The notes beneath the pieces were generated by a model. The model made no database searches and was not told the DNA's origin. It saw only the letters and a list, made by a program, of their open reading frames with translations. A stretch of DNA of 64,000 bases from Eledone cirrhosa (taxonomy: Eukaryota). Shown piece by piece: positions 27,816 through 41,654 of the stretch. The DNA lies in NCBI GenBank assembly GCA_964016885.1, contig OZ024741.1, positions 206,584,001 to 206,648,000 of the forward strand, given 5' to 3'. The position numbers and the translations under genes are program-made. Each line of letters opens with the position of its first letter. Position 1 is the stretch's first letter.

Positions 27816-27862
<47 letters not shown>

Positions 27863-28675
27863 TTGGGATAGATACATATATGTGGATAGCATGGGTTTCG
27901 TTTAGGTTTGTTTAATTTTGAGTTAAGGCATATACGGTCTTTATATATATATATGTATCTGATTATATTCGAAATAAAAATAAAAAAACCATTAGGTAAT
28001 AAAGAATTTATATATTTTAAACGGTTATCATGATTCTAAGACCATGTAATTACTTCAGTTTCACCACACAATCTCACAACAAATCCCCTGCTAAAGAATT
28101 ACATAGCTGAAATACTGGTTGCGTTATTTTTCTTTTCTTGCTAATCTTTGCTTTACGCATTTTGTTGTCCTTGTTTTTGTTTCGTTAATTCTATATTCTT
28201 CTTCTAATCATTTACAAGTAATTCCCATCAGGAATCATCTAGCGGGAAATAATGCTAGAAGAGAAGTTAATACCGTGAATATTTGTACTGTAATGCAAAG
28301 CACCTAGACAGATCTGATAGTGGTAATAGTGATAAAATTTCCTGCATAGATTTTGAAAATATCGATTTTATTTTTTCCAAACCTATCTATAAAAGAGACA
28401 TCATCAAACTATTCTGCTATTGTTGCAAATATTTTATGCTTTAGCGGAAATATTATTTACTATGAGTTGCCTAGATAGCTCTTGAATAAGATTATTAGTT
28501 TCTTAACTGTTACTCACCCTTGCAACACTACTACTTCTCTATATCTCACTATTATTACTCATTCATTAGTTTCCTTTCCTGATCGGAATACCTGTCAACA
28601 ATATCTAACTAGTACTGAATGAAGGCTGGAAACTATAAGCTTCGTGAAGAACGACAGGTAGCTGGATAGATAGGT

Positions 28676-28765
<90 letters not shown>

Positions 28766-29178
28766 AAAGAGAGAGAGAGAGGCAGACAGTGAGTTAAATG
28801 TGGTGACAAAGTCGCAAACAAATGACTGAGAAATCAGTAAAGAAACCTTAAGGTTATTATATATAACCCAAAGCTATAAACAAATAATAATAATAACAAT
28901 AATACCAATCACAACAAAAATTCTTTCTAGTTGAGGAACAAAACTAGAAATTTGGTTGTATGTGTTAGAAGGCTATGTGAAAACCAGTACGTATTTTGAT
29001 AAACTAGAATGTTTACCCGTTTTGAATTGATCATATGCGGTCTCTTTTACGAGTATTTCACATAACATTTTGTCTGAAGAAGTCATACTATAATTTAGTA
29101 TCCCTGAAATATATTTAACGAAATATACAATGATACTACAGTGATATATATTCCATTTATTACTATTATATAAATATG

Positions 29179-29230
<52 letters not shown>

Positions 29231-29498
29231 CGTGTGCGTGCGTGTGCGTGCGTGCGTGTGTGTCTGCGTGTGTGTGTGTATGTTCATATGCATACATTTA
29301 TATGTATGAGTATATAAATATAAACCCGCAAACATAGACACACAAAAATACACACTCACAGACATACATTGACACAAACGCATACATACATTTACTATGC
29401 GATTCTGACACAACAGTTAAGAGAGAGGAGTAGTTTGATTGCCTCATACTACTCTCTCTTTACGTGTTGTGACAGAATCGCAGAAATGTATATATAGA

Positions 29499-29688
29499 TA
29501 ATTGTTTCTACTTTTGGCACAAGGCCAGCAATTACCTAGTGTATTACTGGTACTTTATTTTATTGACCCCGTAAGGATGAAAGGCAAAGTTAACCTCGGC
29601 GAGATTTGAACTCGGAATGGCAAGGGACATAACTCTATGCGTCAACGCATGGCGTACGACCTTCTACCAATACTGCCAATCCACCGCC
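29499..29688 (-). mobile_element. tRNA-derived SINE, full length
   Basis: Reverse complement of the 31844 family, ends CCACCGCC. Confidence 0.88.
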
Positions 29689-30032
29689 CAATATATAGAT
29701 AATAACAACAAGAAACAACAACAGCAGACTGTGATGTTTAAGAACAATATTAAGTGAAATTATTCGAAATATGGCATATCTGTTGTGACAAGAGCCATTA
29801 TCTACTCCAATTACACTATACAGTCACCAATATATTTAAATATTTAATCATAATGATTGTTTTGTTTTTGTTTTAAAGGTGCCGCCACTTCGTCAATGTT
29901 CTGTCTAAATTCAGGAATAACCATTTCTCCAGCGACCTAAACAGGAGAGAGTAGATATAATAAGCCGGCTTGCCGGATTCCATCTTACATCCAATATATA
30001 TATATATAAATATATATATAAATATATATATA

Positions 30033-30091
<59 letters not shown>

Positions 30092-30094
<3 letters not shown>

Positions 30095-31520
30095 GTAATT
30101 AGGAATATTCCAAAGCTTGGTAGAACAAGTTGTGAGGAAAGTTATCAACATACGTTAAGGTGACTCGACAGGTTGGTAGGGGTTCTGTGGTGGAAACACG
30201 AACAAACGAGGAGTGTAATCAAAAAAGAGAAATAGGACGAAGGTAAACAGTTACAAAAGGATTTAATCCACGTATTAACAATTGTTTCATCAGAATTTCA
30301 GTCCATTATTGCTACACTATGTCATAATAGGCAATCAATAAAGATACTGTGACATCCGAATTTTCAAAATACAAAGTTGAAATGAGATTAGGAAATGAAA
30401 TAAGGGGTAGTAGTGTAAGATAGAGGAACAGAGAGAGAGAGGGGAAAAAGAGAGGGAGAGAGAGGGAGAAAAGGGACGGAGGTAGGGAGAGAGAGAGAAA
30501 GAGATAGTGTGCTGTGAGAGGATTTGTTTAGAGTATAGTTAAGTTACAAGAAGGGAGGCGGAGCAGGATTGTGTGCTAAAAGTTGTGATGAGTAGAGGGA
30601 GAGATAAGGAAGATAGAATTTTAAGTGGCAGTTGGTAGTGGACAGGCAAAAGTTTTACCAGAGAATAGATGAAGGAAGAAGTATTAAATTTCATATATAG
30701 TCTATTTTTAGGAGTGTAGAATTGTTATTTAGGGTAGAAAAGTAGTGTTAAGGTTTAGTTGAAGGTTTGAAGTGTGAGAATTTCGCTTTCAGTTTATGCT
30801 GGCAAAAGATTGACCTTTCAATTTTGTTGTTGAGTAGTTGGTGGCCTGAGCTTAGGGTATGGAAGAGCTCATTATTACACAACGGGTACGTTTTCATCCC
30901 ACTCCGGTATGGAAGAGCATGTGAGAGTTTGGTCCATTTAATGGTGTATTGTCGGTTACTCCCTTTTAAGTGGCAAATTTTGTCTGCGAGGGTCGTTACG
31001 TAACGGTGTTGGGGGTGCTTTATTGCGTAACGATGCGTGTACCAACGAGTTTTGAAGGTGTTTGCAGTGCTGCCTATGTAGTGCCAGGTTTGGTTGTCCG
31101 ACTCAACCGAGCACCTGTACACTAGGTTTGAATGCAAACCATCGTTATTCAATGGACAAGTCTCTGGAAGGTGGCAATTACAATTTCTGTTATGGGCAGT
31201 GGTGGAGTTATAGGTGGGCTGGGATGTGTGTGTGAGTGTGTTTTGTGCATACTGTTTGTTAGTGGGTGGTTGTGTATTAGGTGTATTATTGTGTTGAGTG
31301 ATTGGGGTGTTGTTGTTACGGAGTTTTTTGGCGTTGAGCATCTTAATGTGTGCGTCTAGGTTTGGTGCAGTGGAATAAGATAGTCTAATTGTTTTGGTAT
31401 TGAGCATACTACTATATTTATGTGAATTTGGAAAGTGTTTTCTTATAATTTTGTAGAATGTGGAAGGTAAGTTAGAGCTAATAGAAGAGTTAAAAATAGG
31501 ATTATACCAAATGTAAGATC
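30092..31520 (-). mobile_element. 5'-truncated Penelope-like element (GIY-YIG ORF 30748-~31520) with 3' pLTR
   Basis: IWYNPIFN..RLSYS..CNCHLPETCPLNNDGLHSNLVYRC..YIGSTANTFKTRWYTH..LCNNE..FCQH. Confidence 0.92.
30272..30372 (-). ncRNA. Hammerhead with U3-A8 core and long stem II in the 3' pLTR
   Basis: GTATT-TTGAAAA-T-TCGGA..CAGT...ACTG..TCTGA-T-GAAA-CAATTG-TT-AATAC. Confidence 0.7.
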
Positions 31521-31548
31521 TACTCAGTGTTCTGTTTTGCTTTGATGC

Positions 31549-31682
31549 AGAATTAGCCGTCGAAACGGCTTGAGCTCAGCCGTCGGGGTCCTACTCGTTC
31601 CTATTACCCACTCTACTACCCTATGTATTGAGTACTTTGGTGCGTTATGGTCCACCTGGTTCCTTACCGCATTTCCTTCGTT
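31549..31682 (+). mobile_element. Family E pLTR 3' fragment
   Basis: GAAA-CGGC(TTGAGCTCA)GCCG-TC-GGGG plus tail, ends in (TA)n. Confidence 0.75.
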
Positions 31683-31843
31683 ATATATATATATATATAT
31701 ATATTGAAATAACAGATTAAAGTTTAAGCAAAGAACCGGTGCTTTCACCAGTAACGGTTTTTATATATATTTATATATTATCTTTATCGAGCCCTCTTCA
31801 GGTTTTAGTCTTCACATTTATTATTATTACTATATATATAGAG

Positions 31844-32032
31844 GGCGGTGGATTGGCAGTATCAGTAGAGGGTCGGACGCCATGCTTTCCAGCATCGTTA
31901 CGTCCCTTTACGACCTGAGTTCAAATCCCGCGCAGGTTGATTTTGCCTTTCATCCTTACGGGGTCGATAAAATAAAGTACCAGTAATGCACTGGATAATT
32001 TGCTGGCGTTGTACCTAAAGTAGAAACAATTA
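31844..32032 (+). mobile_element. tRNA-derived SINE, full length (core resembles the MetaSINE-type domain, from recollection)
   Basis: A-box-like TGGCAGTATCAGTAG, B-box GAGTTCAAATCC, core GCCTTTCATCCTTACGGGGTCGATAAAATAAAGTACCAG; about 9 copies in the window. Confidence 0.88.
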
Positions 32033-32075
32033 CTATATATATATACATATATATTTATATATATATATATATAGT

Positions 32076-32719
32076 AATATCTGGTAGAGAATGTTGAGAA
32101 GCCAGAGGGGATCACTAATGTAGGCGGGAAGCCGCTGGAATTGGTTGAGGACTTCCTGTATTTGGGAGCAAAGATTGGGAATACGGAAGATGATGTGGTT
32201 GAGAGGAAGAGCAAGGCCTGGGCGGCGTGTCACAGCTTGAGATCGGTGTGGAAGTTGGACCTTCGTAGAGACCTGAAAATCCGCCTCTTCATTGCTGTAG
32301 TGGAGTCTGTGCTGCTGTATGGGCCTGAGACTTGGACACTGACCAAGAGACTCACTCAGATGGTGGATGGGTGCTACACGAGAATGCTGAGGATGGCTCT
32401 GAACATTAATCAGTATACACTGAGGATGAAAAACTCAGAGCTGTATGGGAGCATCCCAAAAGTCAGCTCAAAAGTGACACAGAGGAGACTGAGGTTGGCT
32501 GGACATGCTCACCGACATCCAGAGTTGACATTGCACTCAGTGCTCCTTTGGGAGCCCCTACATGGACACACTAGAAGAGGAAGACCAAGGTTAACATATG
32601 TTGATGCCCTAAGGACAGACACTGGTCTGTTGGAGATGCAGGATATGGCAGCGATAATGAGGGACAGAGACCGCTGGAGAGAACTCGTCCATGGATCTCG
32701 GGAATTTTACCCGCCTTAG
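32076..32719 (+). mobile_element. 5'-truncated RTE LINE, same family as 26500-27815
   Basis: ORF 32141-32719 FLYLG..LLYGPETWTLT..RLRLAGH..GRPR..REFYPP. Confidence 0.95.
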
Positions 32720-33270
32720 AGATTAGATAGATATATATATACAATATATTGAGAAACACACAGATACATGCGGACACACACATATACATGAATATATCCA
32801 CATCCATCCTTGAGTTAATGGTGCCAACCTTAACCGATGTTGCTCTATGAATAACTGGGACAAACCAATCCGAATGGATTAGACTGAACCAAGTACATTA
32901 TGAACAGAGAAGAAACATTTAGATATAATTAGTAATAAGATGTATTATACCTAAACTGCCTCTAGATTCCTCGAGTACGTAGTTTCGTGGCATAATCAAA
33001 AACAATACATCATAGAGATATAGAGCTTTTGTGAGGTCTGCCGACTTATCAAGAGGATACCTCATTTTACTAGCTTCAAGAACACGTCTATAAGATGTGA
33101 GATAGAATCCCAAAAGGCGGAGGGGGAGTCAGTCACGTGATACAACGGTCAAGAAACAGAGCTAAGCCCCTTATAACCCTGAAAAAAATACCACGGAGGC
33201 GGTGGGGGTATTTATATTGAGGCCGTAGAAGAGGTGGTTAAGGAGGCGAGAAGTATGAGTTTCCAGCAGT

Positions 33271-33380
<110 letters not shown>

Positions 33381-33394
33381 ATTAATGGAAAACT

Positions 33395-33597
33395 CATTCC
33401 TCTTTCATCAAAGAAGGCTTTTTATTCTCTTACAATTGTTTCGAATGAGACCTCGAATTTAAATATTATTGCAAAATTCGTTTTCCAACGACTTTTTTTC
33501 GACATTTCGTCAGATATGCGAGCTTATATGTGCAAAGACACAAACATCTTTGCACATATAAACTCGCATATCTGACGAGCTGTCGAAAAAGAGTCGG
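33395..33597. mobile_element. Short fold-back with hammerhead-like motif at 33427-33517 (-)
   Basis: Arms ~33489-33538 and 33548-33596; minus CTGACGA-AATG...CATTC-GAAA-CAATTG-TA-AGAG-AATAAA; stem I poor. Confidence 0.6.
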
Positions 33598-33840
33598 GCC
33601 CCGTCACCCAAACTCAGTTGATTGATATCGAAATAATTGTAACATGCAAATAAATTTGTATATATATTGCAACTTCGACTATTTTAAATCTAATTACAAT
33701 CTGCACAATACTGCTGTAATACTGCAATACAACCCAAACGAAGCGGACCTCGTAACAGCATTGTGTACTTCGGACGGCGCGCCACTGTTGTTACATACCT
33801 AACTCACACACACACACATATATATATACATACATATGTA

Positions 33841-34062
33841 TAGTAATAATAATAAAATTGAAGACTAAAATCCAAAGAGGGCTCGATAAGTATAAATATA
33901 TATCAAATATATAAGAACCGTAGAGCAAATATTTATTAAATAACAGATTAAATTTTAAGCAAAGAATCGCTGCTTTCACCCTTAACGGGATCTTCTGAAG
34001 ATCCCGTTAAGGGTGAAAGCAGCTATTCTTTGCTTAAACTTTAATCTGTTATTTAATAAATA
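33841..34062. mobile_element. Fold-back element, family C, axis inside the hammerhead core
   Basis: ..CCCTTAACGGGATCTTCTG|AAGATCCCGTTAAGGGTGAAAGC..; arms ~33929-33997 and 33998-34062. Confidence 0.8.
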
Positions 34063-34399
34063 TACATACATATGTATATATACATACATATATATATATA
34101 TATAAACAGAAGATACGCGAGCGTTCTGAGTGCTCTACTGTCTACAGGTAGCTGGGGTGCATATCCATGTATTATTGACGGACGTGAGAAAGACCAATGT
34201 AGAGTTTAAATATCCATTTAATGGTTAAATGGTGAGCCTTGTTACTCTGGAGTTTCACCATTTATCTATTATATACATATAAATATATGAGGTTTAAATG
34301 ATACTTGTGTGGATGAATTAGAAAGGAGTTACCAAGTATATGATGTAAGGTATATGTTTATATCGTTCGGTCTGACTACGGGAACAGATCACCTTGCCG

Positions 34400-34960
34400 A
34401 AAATATAACCATTTACTCCTATATATCAATTCCAAAGCCCACCATGAATCATTAAAATACTAGTTAGGGACACATATCAAACAACTTCCACACAATTGCA
34501 TGACAAAAGGAATATATTTGACAAAACAGGACATTCTATAAGGAAACCCCTAAAGCGAACAGATTTAAAGATGAGTTAAAACACATTTCAACCCACCCAA
34601 ACGATCAAAAGACATGCAGAAAAAGGAAACCATTTCGTTCAACTCACCATTTAAATTTAATGGCGCAATGAAAGCGGCGCAAACGTTACTGTCTCTAATA
34701 ATAAGACACATACCAGCAAATCACAGATGTCACAGACCATTTAAAGACCATACCTATTAATCAGCTTCTGCCTAAAATAAGATGTTATCTATGAAGCAAC
34801 GAACAGTATTGCATGAAGAACTACATTGGAGCAACCAGGAGAACCTTTACAGCTAGATATACCCAACATATATATTCATTCCGTTTTGTCTTTATCTAAG
34901 ATTATCTGGGATTGAAAAAAAATCCATAATCACAATAATTACTTAAAAACAATAAATGCA
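34400..34960 (+). pseudogene. Highly degraded Penelope-like fragment
   Basis: YIGATRRTFTARYTQHIYSF (GIY-YIG second motif) at ~34822-34880 plus remnants of the SNHP and WFNPPF regions. Confidence 0.6.
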
Positions 34961-35599
34961 ATGGAAAACAACTGTAGCAATAATAAACAAAAGATTATCA
35001 GAAACGATACACTACGTTATATCGCCAGAGACGGAGACTAACCGGTAGAACAAGCCCACAACGATTGATGGAATATGTAAACCCGGTGGAGCCCATCCTT
35101 CTTCAGGATTTAACACAGTCGCTATATTTGCGAGAGGAGAGCGGAAGAATCAAAAGTAAGGAACTGAATTGGAAGGAGAAAGAACCTCAATAATGGACTG
35201 GTAAAGACCTATCAACCTACAGAGGACGAAATGCAAGGTTGCGCTCAAAGAATTAAAAATGAAAAAGCAATAGAAGCAAAAGTAAATGAGAGAAAAGAGG
35301 TGAAATAAAGAATAAAAGAGATGAGAGGATGCTAGAAAGGAAGAAACTGAACCGATATCGCAAATAATTCTATCTGACTAACATGTTCAACCTGTGCCGA
35401 TGAAAAAGAACCGGAAAGTATTTACTCATAGGGTCGGAAAAAGAAAAAAACAGCAAGAAAAGAGAGTTGAACCAAGGATAGATAATTCGAATGGTGTAAG
35501 GGAGATATCGTGGACGTTACCCGTCGATATCCAGAGACTTACACAAAAAGGTCCTGGACTTTGCAGGTGCATTTAACGATATACACAACTTGTACCATC

Positions 35600-36170
35600 T
35601 AGTAATGTCCCACTGCTGTAAAACCCTCGTCTTTAACAAGGGGAGGCTTGGATAAAGAAATTCGCGATTATTTTGATAATCCTATGGGATCGTTTGAAAG
35701 CGCAGATATTTGCGATTTAGTAGGGCTCTTTATCCTGGACACATTACGCCCGAAATTCCCAGATTTCAAACGCGTTTGTACTATGACGATGTTCTGGCCA
35801 TTACGAGCCTTAAAAACGGCCACGACCTCGACACCTTTAGAAAAGAGTTGCTCACCACGTTTAGGGAACTAAGGCTAAAATCATCGTATCTACCAACCTC
35901 ACTAATGTTAACTTAGACTTCAACTTAGACCTAGGTATACACACACACACACATAAACGGTTCTATAAACCTAGTGAAAACTTTAGATACATACAAAAGG
36001 ACTCCTACAACCCCCCTATAGCCTTTAAAAATTTAGTTCAAAATATTAGTAAGCGGATATGTAACCTCTCTTCTAACGAAGACATTTTCTATAGGGGGCC
36101 CCTATTATAATACAGCCGTAAGCAATAGCGGCTTCTCCGAGAATATTCCCTATTCTCCAGGTAATTCCCC
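35600..36170 (+). pseudogene. Degraded Penelope-like RT fragment
   Basis: FDNPMGSFESADICDLVGLFIL, LYYDDVLAI, YIQKDSYNPP..ISKRICNLSSNEDIF. Confidence 0.85.
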
Positions 36171-36766
36171 AACACTAATATAGAAATCACGTTGTTTCCC
36201 TTTCTTTGTCTTCTTTCATCCTTCTATCTTTTCTGTTTGTTTTATCACACACATCATACCAGCAGAAAAGTTTATTTTTTCTGTTGCATGATCCTGCATG
36301 TTAAAATGGCAATCTCAATTAAATCGTGTGAAAACATTTTGCTGGTTTGAGAGCTGCTTAGGGTGAAGAAGTGTGTGTGAACTTGTCTTGTTCTTCACCT
36401 TTCTGTATTCCTTCTTTCAGTCACATCTATGGGTCAGCACACTTCTACTTCTCCTTCTCCTCACTCAAACTTTTCTTTATTTCATCTGCCTGTCACCCAC
36501 ATCGTGGGTTGTCACTCTTCCGACCACTGGCCGCTGGTCTCTGTCCATTGAGGGATTCTTGCCCATAGCTGTCATTGACAGCATTTGGTTGTTTTAACAG
36601 CTGTACTAGCGATGTGCTATCTCATTTTTCTATGAAATCAAATATATTCTTGCTTCGTCTTGATCAGAGACAACAATGTTTAGTCACACGCACGCACACA
36701 CACACACGTATAATTATATCTATATATATTCTTTGGGTTTTATTATTCTATAAACTTTCGCCTATA

Positions 36767-36934
<168 letters not shown>

Positions 36935-37451
36935 TGTTTCTAACGTAGAAAGAGGACTCATTGGAATATAAACACCAACTATTTAAATAGGTATGTATGT
37001 CTCTATGTGATTGTGTGTGTGCAGGAATATGTGTTATTGCATGTGTGGATCTGTATGTTTTTAGTTATAAGTGTACACGTGTACATGTTTTTGTATCTAT
37101 ACCTATGTGTTTGCAGTAATTAGATGCTGAATTTCTGAAATATTTTACAGTCCATTAATGGGCTGTACTTTCAACTTCCTAACTAGTCGTGCCCTTTCTG
37201 GTCCTGTACAGCCCAGTCTCTCAACTATTGTACTGAGGCAGTTAATAAAATATCCCAGAGACCCAATGATTACAGGTACACATATAAATGTATAGTCAGA
37301 GTGTAGTATCGGCAGATTCGCAATTAGTTCATCATGTATGCATATATCTATGTATGTGTGTATGTATGTATGTATGTATGTATGTATGTATGTATGTATG
37401 TATGTATGTATGTATGTATGTATTTATGTATGTATGTATGTATATGTATAT

Positions 37452-38048
37452 GTCAGGTCACCAGTTGGTGCTACTGGTAACATGTATCCCAGTACAACCT
37501 GTCCCATGGTCGGGTCGTTGGCGGCTAAACTGGCAACCCCACCAAGGTTTCTTGGTGAGGAGGATGACTTTGGACATCCTGCAGGACTAAAAACAAAACC
37601 TGTCAAAGGGCTAAGGAGCTCTTAAGAGTCAATGGCCATCCAAAATCACCGGGAGAGATGACCCCTTAGCCTTTGTCAAGGCAGAATTCTAGGAGAAGGA
37701 AAACTCTGATATAACACCTGCAACCCTGATGGTATCCAATGATGTTGACTTGTTCTTCTTTTTGGTAAATATCATCTTGGTTAAGAGAGTGGGACTGGCT
37801 TTGTGCAGTGCCTTTGCTCACTATAAAAGCTTCACGGCACAGGCATTGCTTTATATCTGGAGATCTCTCTGCACTTGTCGTCACATGGTACCATGTACAC
37901 TATGTGTCAATAATTGTCACAAGTTTGTACCAGAGTTTTAAAGTCGCTGGCTGGACTAAAAAGTCACACTTGTTCAGCGCATCGGTAGGGGTTCTCCTAC
38001 GTGGATATAAAGTAGTGGCCGTACTCGAAAACGAGTTGGCAGCCACCA
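37452..38048 (+). mobile_element. ~600-bp non-coding interspersed element, copy 1
   Basis: Highly similar to 52782-53389 with the same two ends (GTCAGGTCACC...GGCAGCCACCA); flanked by (TATG)n. Confidence 0.8.
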
Positions 38049-39074
38049 TGTATGTATGTATATATATACGTATGTATGTATGTATGTATGTATGTATGTA
38101 TGTATGTACATATATATGTTTTTACATACGTTTGTTCGTGTATACCTGTATATATGTACAAGCATCTATGTTTGATTGCGTATGTAAATATGATTGAGTT
38201 TTAGATAGAAATATAGACTATAAGAAATGTTTCGTGTGAGTTTCTGTTCCGCTATTTTGAAGTAGGTATGTCTTCATATTGCAGAAATATCTATTGTCGG
38301 CTATTCTGTGTAACATAGTAAATATACCCCTTGGGCTTCTTTCTTCGTCTACCAGTGTGATATCCGAATCACATTTTCTAAAATAAAGTTTAACAATAAA
38401 GATCTAAATGTGAACATCAAGTAGAGCTTTGTTTCCTCACTCTCTTCCGACACGCTTCCAATCCAACTTCCTGCTTAAGTTTCCGACATTAGCTTCACAG
38501 TATATTCACCACCAGTTTTCAGTTTTCTCTCTATATATCTTCGTACCTTCACCTCTTTCTTCTCAGTTCTTCGAATCAATCTATGGCGCATCTAGTAAAG
38601 ACTAAGTTGTTAGCTCAACAAGGTTATCGTAAACCCTATATTTAATGATTTATACATTTTATGTTAATAAATTCGTAATTCTTTGTATTTTTATCTAATG
38701 TTTGTGTGTTAAACAATGCGGTCCAGTATCCAAACGTATTCCAGGCTGGACTTCTGTTCATTTAAGCACGAATTACACGAAACTACATTGATGGGTCTTC
38801 CGTCGATTTCGACAATGAGTAAATAGTTGTTCGATCAAAGTGAATTATCTAATGAATGAATGAACGTGCAATGTGGCTTACTTTTCCAAAGAATCGTGAA
38901 CATGTACCTGACTATCAGGTAGAACCTATGTGACAATTTGTGACAAGGCAGGACCTACGGATTATAGGTACAATTCAGCTGAGGTGTTAAGCAGAGTTTC
39001 TGTCTGACATATATTATCCAATGTATGTATCGCTTTTAGCAAATGTACTGGGGGAGGGCACTCCTCTCTCCACC

Positions 39075-40300
39075 CTCACCATCCTTTCCAAGTGAAACTT
39101 GATAAAGTTGATAAGGGATTGGCCGAAGACAAAAAAGGTCTGTCTTCTGCAGTCCTTTCAACGTGGTCCATCACACCACCACTTTCGCTACCGCCACCAG
39201 ACAGGGGAAAACTGCCTGCCCTTCCGGCCAAGAGAAGGAGTGGGGTGATCTTCAATATGGACTCGGCCGATAGCCGGATCCGTTCTACACGCGACACAGC
39301 AGTTCGACATAGCTCCACAAGTCAGTAGTGCACGGACACTGGACGAATGAGTGCAGAAGGCTTTCGTCGCTCTAGGTGCATCTTGGGGAGGTCCGTGTGA
39401 CAGAACTTCCCTGCCTGTAGAGCTTATCTCAAACCGGCAGTGTCTCCCGGTAGCACTGAAAAGTGAGGGATTTCAGAAAGTATCCATAGACCCTGGCTCG
39501 AAAGTCCTCCGGAACAGACTGCTCAGTTCGACTTCATCGACGCCCAGAGCGTCTTCGAGTGCGTTTTCTCATTGGTTCTCTCACAAACGGTGACCACACA
39601 TGTTCACCGGTTTGGCTGAATATCTGGAAGTGCCACAACCTCGATCATTAGCCACGGCATGCCCAGCCCTCCTCGTATAGGGTGCTGGCAACAGATGGAA
39701 GGCTTAACCAATGGAACCTGAACACAAGAAGTTGAAGAGGAGCCGTTCCAATTTGGCGAGGCGCAAACGGTTGAAAGGCACGCTGGTCAGGCGGTAATAG
39801 ATGACGGACGTAATGTACGCGTTTGCCACCTCCGCGGGACTACCAGGGACAGTTTCCTCTCGGTCCATTTCTGGGTGAGAGTGTCTACCTGATCGTAAAC
39901 TCGCTCCAGTTCTTATCCACCTGGAGATCTGGTCCGAACCATATGTATGGCCGTCCAATCCTGTAGGTGGATCTGTTCTGGCATGCTTTGCATATCTTCT
40001 GGTTTGATTTGGAGAAGGATCTCCAAATCCCCCCCAAGTCCTGTCCTCTCTAGATATTTTTGTAACTTAAATGACCGACGTATCCATACCTTACTCGATC
40101 ATACATTCCAGGAACCACCGCAAGTCCAGCCTTGGTGAGATACCTGGAATGCAGTGCCTGACTATCTTTCTGCCCATGCTGAACGGATAGATCACCACAT
40201 GGTCTGACCTACTGAGTTTTCGGAGCAAGAGTTTCAGTCTTAAACAGCGCTGAGATGGTGCCGAATTGCCTACCCCTTGTCTTGGATGCACTTCAGTGGG
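39075..40300 (-). pseudogene. Degraded L1/Tx1-like LINE ORF2 3' region
   Basis: AEVANAYITSVIYYRLTSVP...LAKLERLLFNFL resembles the post-RT segment of Tx1/L1 ORF2. Confidence 0.65.
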
Positions 40301-40339
40301 GCCTCAATTTCAGCTCAAGGGTTCACCTCCATTTTACGA

Positions 40340-40737
40340 GTCAAAACCGAAATGTATCTGTATATGTTTTCTTTGTCGGCTCGATGACAGTGACCAGCAA
40401 ACTAATCTTTTTTGCTTGAGTCTGAGGTATATTGGAATCAAATCTCCGTAGATGGTTTCAAGTGTTGTGCGTGATCTCCAGCTTATGCTTTTGATTCTTC
40501 TGAGCAGATTTGTATATACTCCATCCAGCCGTCTTTCAAGATGAACAGATAAGGTCCATGTTTCTGATCCATATAATAGTACTGGATGTGTCTACTCACG
40601 AAAACGGACTTTCCCATAGCTCGGGACTCAGGGCTAGACATAAAGGATCTGGGGACAGCAAAGCAGGACCGAACAGTGTGGATTGTCAAGAGAGTTCCGA
40701 CTACCCCCATAGGAGTCAAAGGATGATGATGATGATC
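40340..40737. mobile_element. RTE LINE 3' end with inverted 5' portion
   Basis: Minus ~40340-40565: LLYGSETWTLS..LDGVYTNLLR..FAGHCHR; plus ~40610-40737: ARDSGLDIKDLGTA.QDRTVW followed by a (GAT)n tail. Confidence 0.75.
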
Positions 40738-40897
40738 TGTATATAATTGTTCTGCACTCCATTGCCTCAGCCTCGACGTTTAGGCTGGCCCAGGTATTTT
40801 CTCGTTTGATTATCTTCCATGCCTGGACCAAACTTTGTTCTTTATTTGTTAGGTCCATGTGAAAACATAGCGTTTTCTTCGCTGCCGCGGCAACAAA

Positions 40898-41400
40898 TAT
40901 GTTGTTGTTGTTCACGATGTTGTTGCTGCTGTTGCTGGTTGTATCGTTATTTTGTTGTTGTTCAAGTTGTTGCTGTTGCTGCTGTTGCTGGTGCTAGTTG
41001 TGTCGTTGTTCGTTTTGTGTTGTTCACATTGTTGTTGCTGTTGTTACTCTTATTGTTCCCGTTGTTGTTGTTATTGTTGTTTTTGTTGTCACTGTTGTTG
41101 CTGTTGTTTTTTGTTAGTGTTATCATTATTGATGTTCATATTGTGACTGATGTTGTGGTTGTCATTGTTGTTGTTGGTTTTCGCTGTTGCTGCTTTTCCT
41201 ATTTGTTTCTGTTACTTTTCCCCGTTACTGTTGTTGTGATTGTGGCATTGGTGGTGGTGTTGTTTGCAATATTGTTTTTTACCGATACTTGGATAGGTGT
41301 TGCGGCTGGTGTTCCTGCTAATGTCGTCGAAGACAATATTTGTGGTGGTAGAAGTAACGCTGTTAATGTCTGTGGTGTTAGTAGGGACGGCTTTCAACGT
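40898..41400. repeat. Degenerate (GTT)n microsatellite
   Basis: Direct inspection. Confidence 0.85.
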
Positions 41401-41654
41401 TACGTTTGAAATGTTGTCACATGACAGCTGGCTGAAAATTTTAGAGTGCATTTCATCCATGTTTTTCTTTGTTTATAGAAAAAACATTCCAAAATTTAAA
41501 ATAAAGTTCAAATAGTTGGGCCTAAAACCCAAATATTAAATGGTCACCCATCCTCAAGGTAAAGATGGGTGCTTTATGTCCCGTTATCAACAACACATTT
41601 ACAAAATAGCAATTCAAACAACTTAAAACAAAGGAATTGTGGTACCAACGGGTG

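Noticed and set aside
31844-31930. tRNA gene
   Set aside because: A/B boxes belong to a multi-copy SINE head; no complete cloverleaf
38307-38787. Possible solo LTR (TGT...ACA with AATAAA)
   Set aside because: Single copy, no TSD or clear primer-binding site seen
40819-41409. 196-aa hydrophobic membrane-like ORF
   Set aside because: Arises from degenerate (GTT)n
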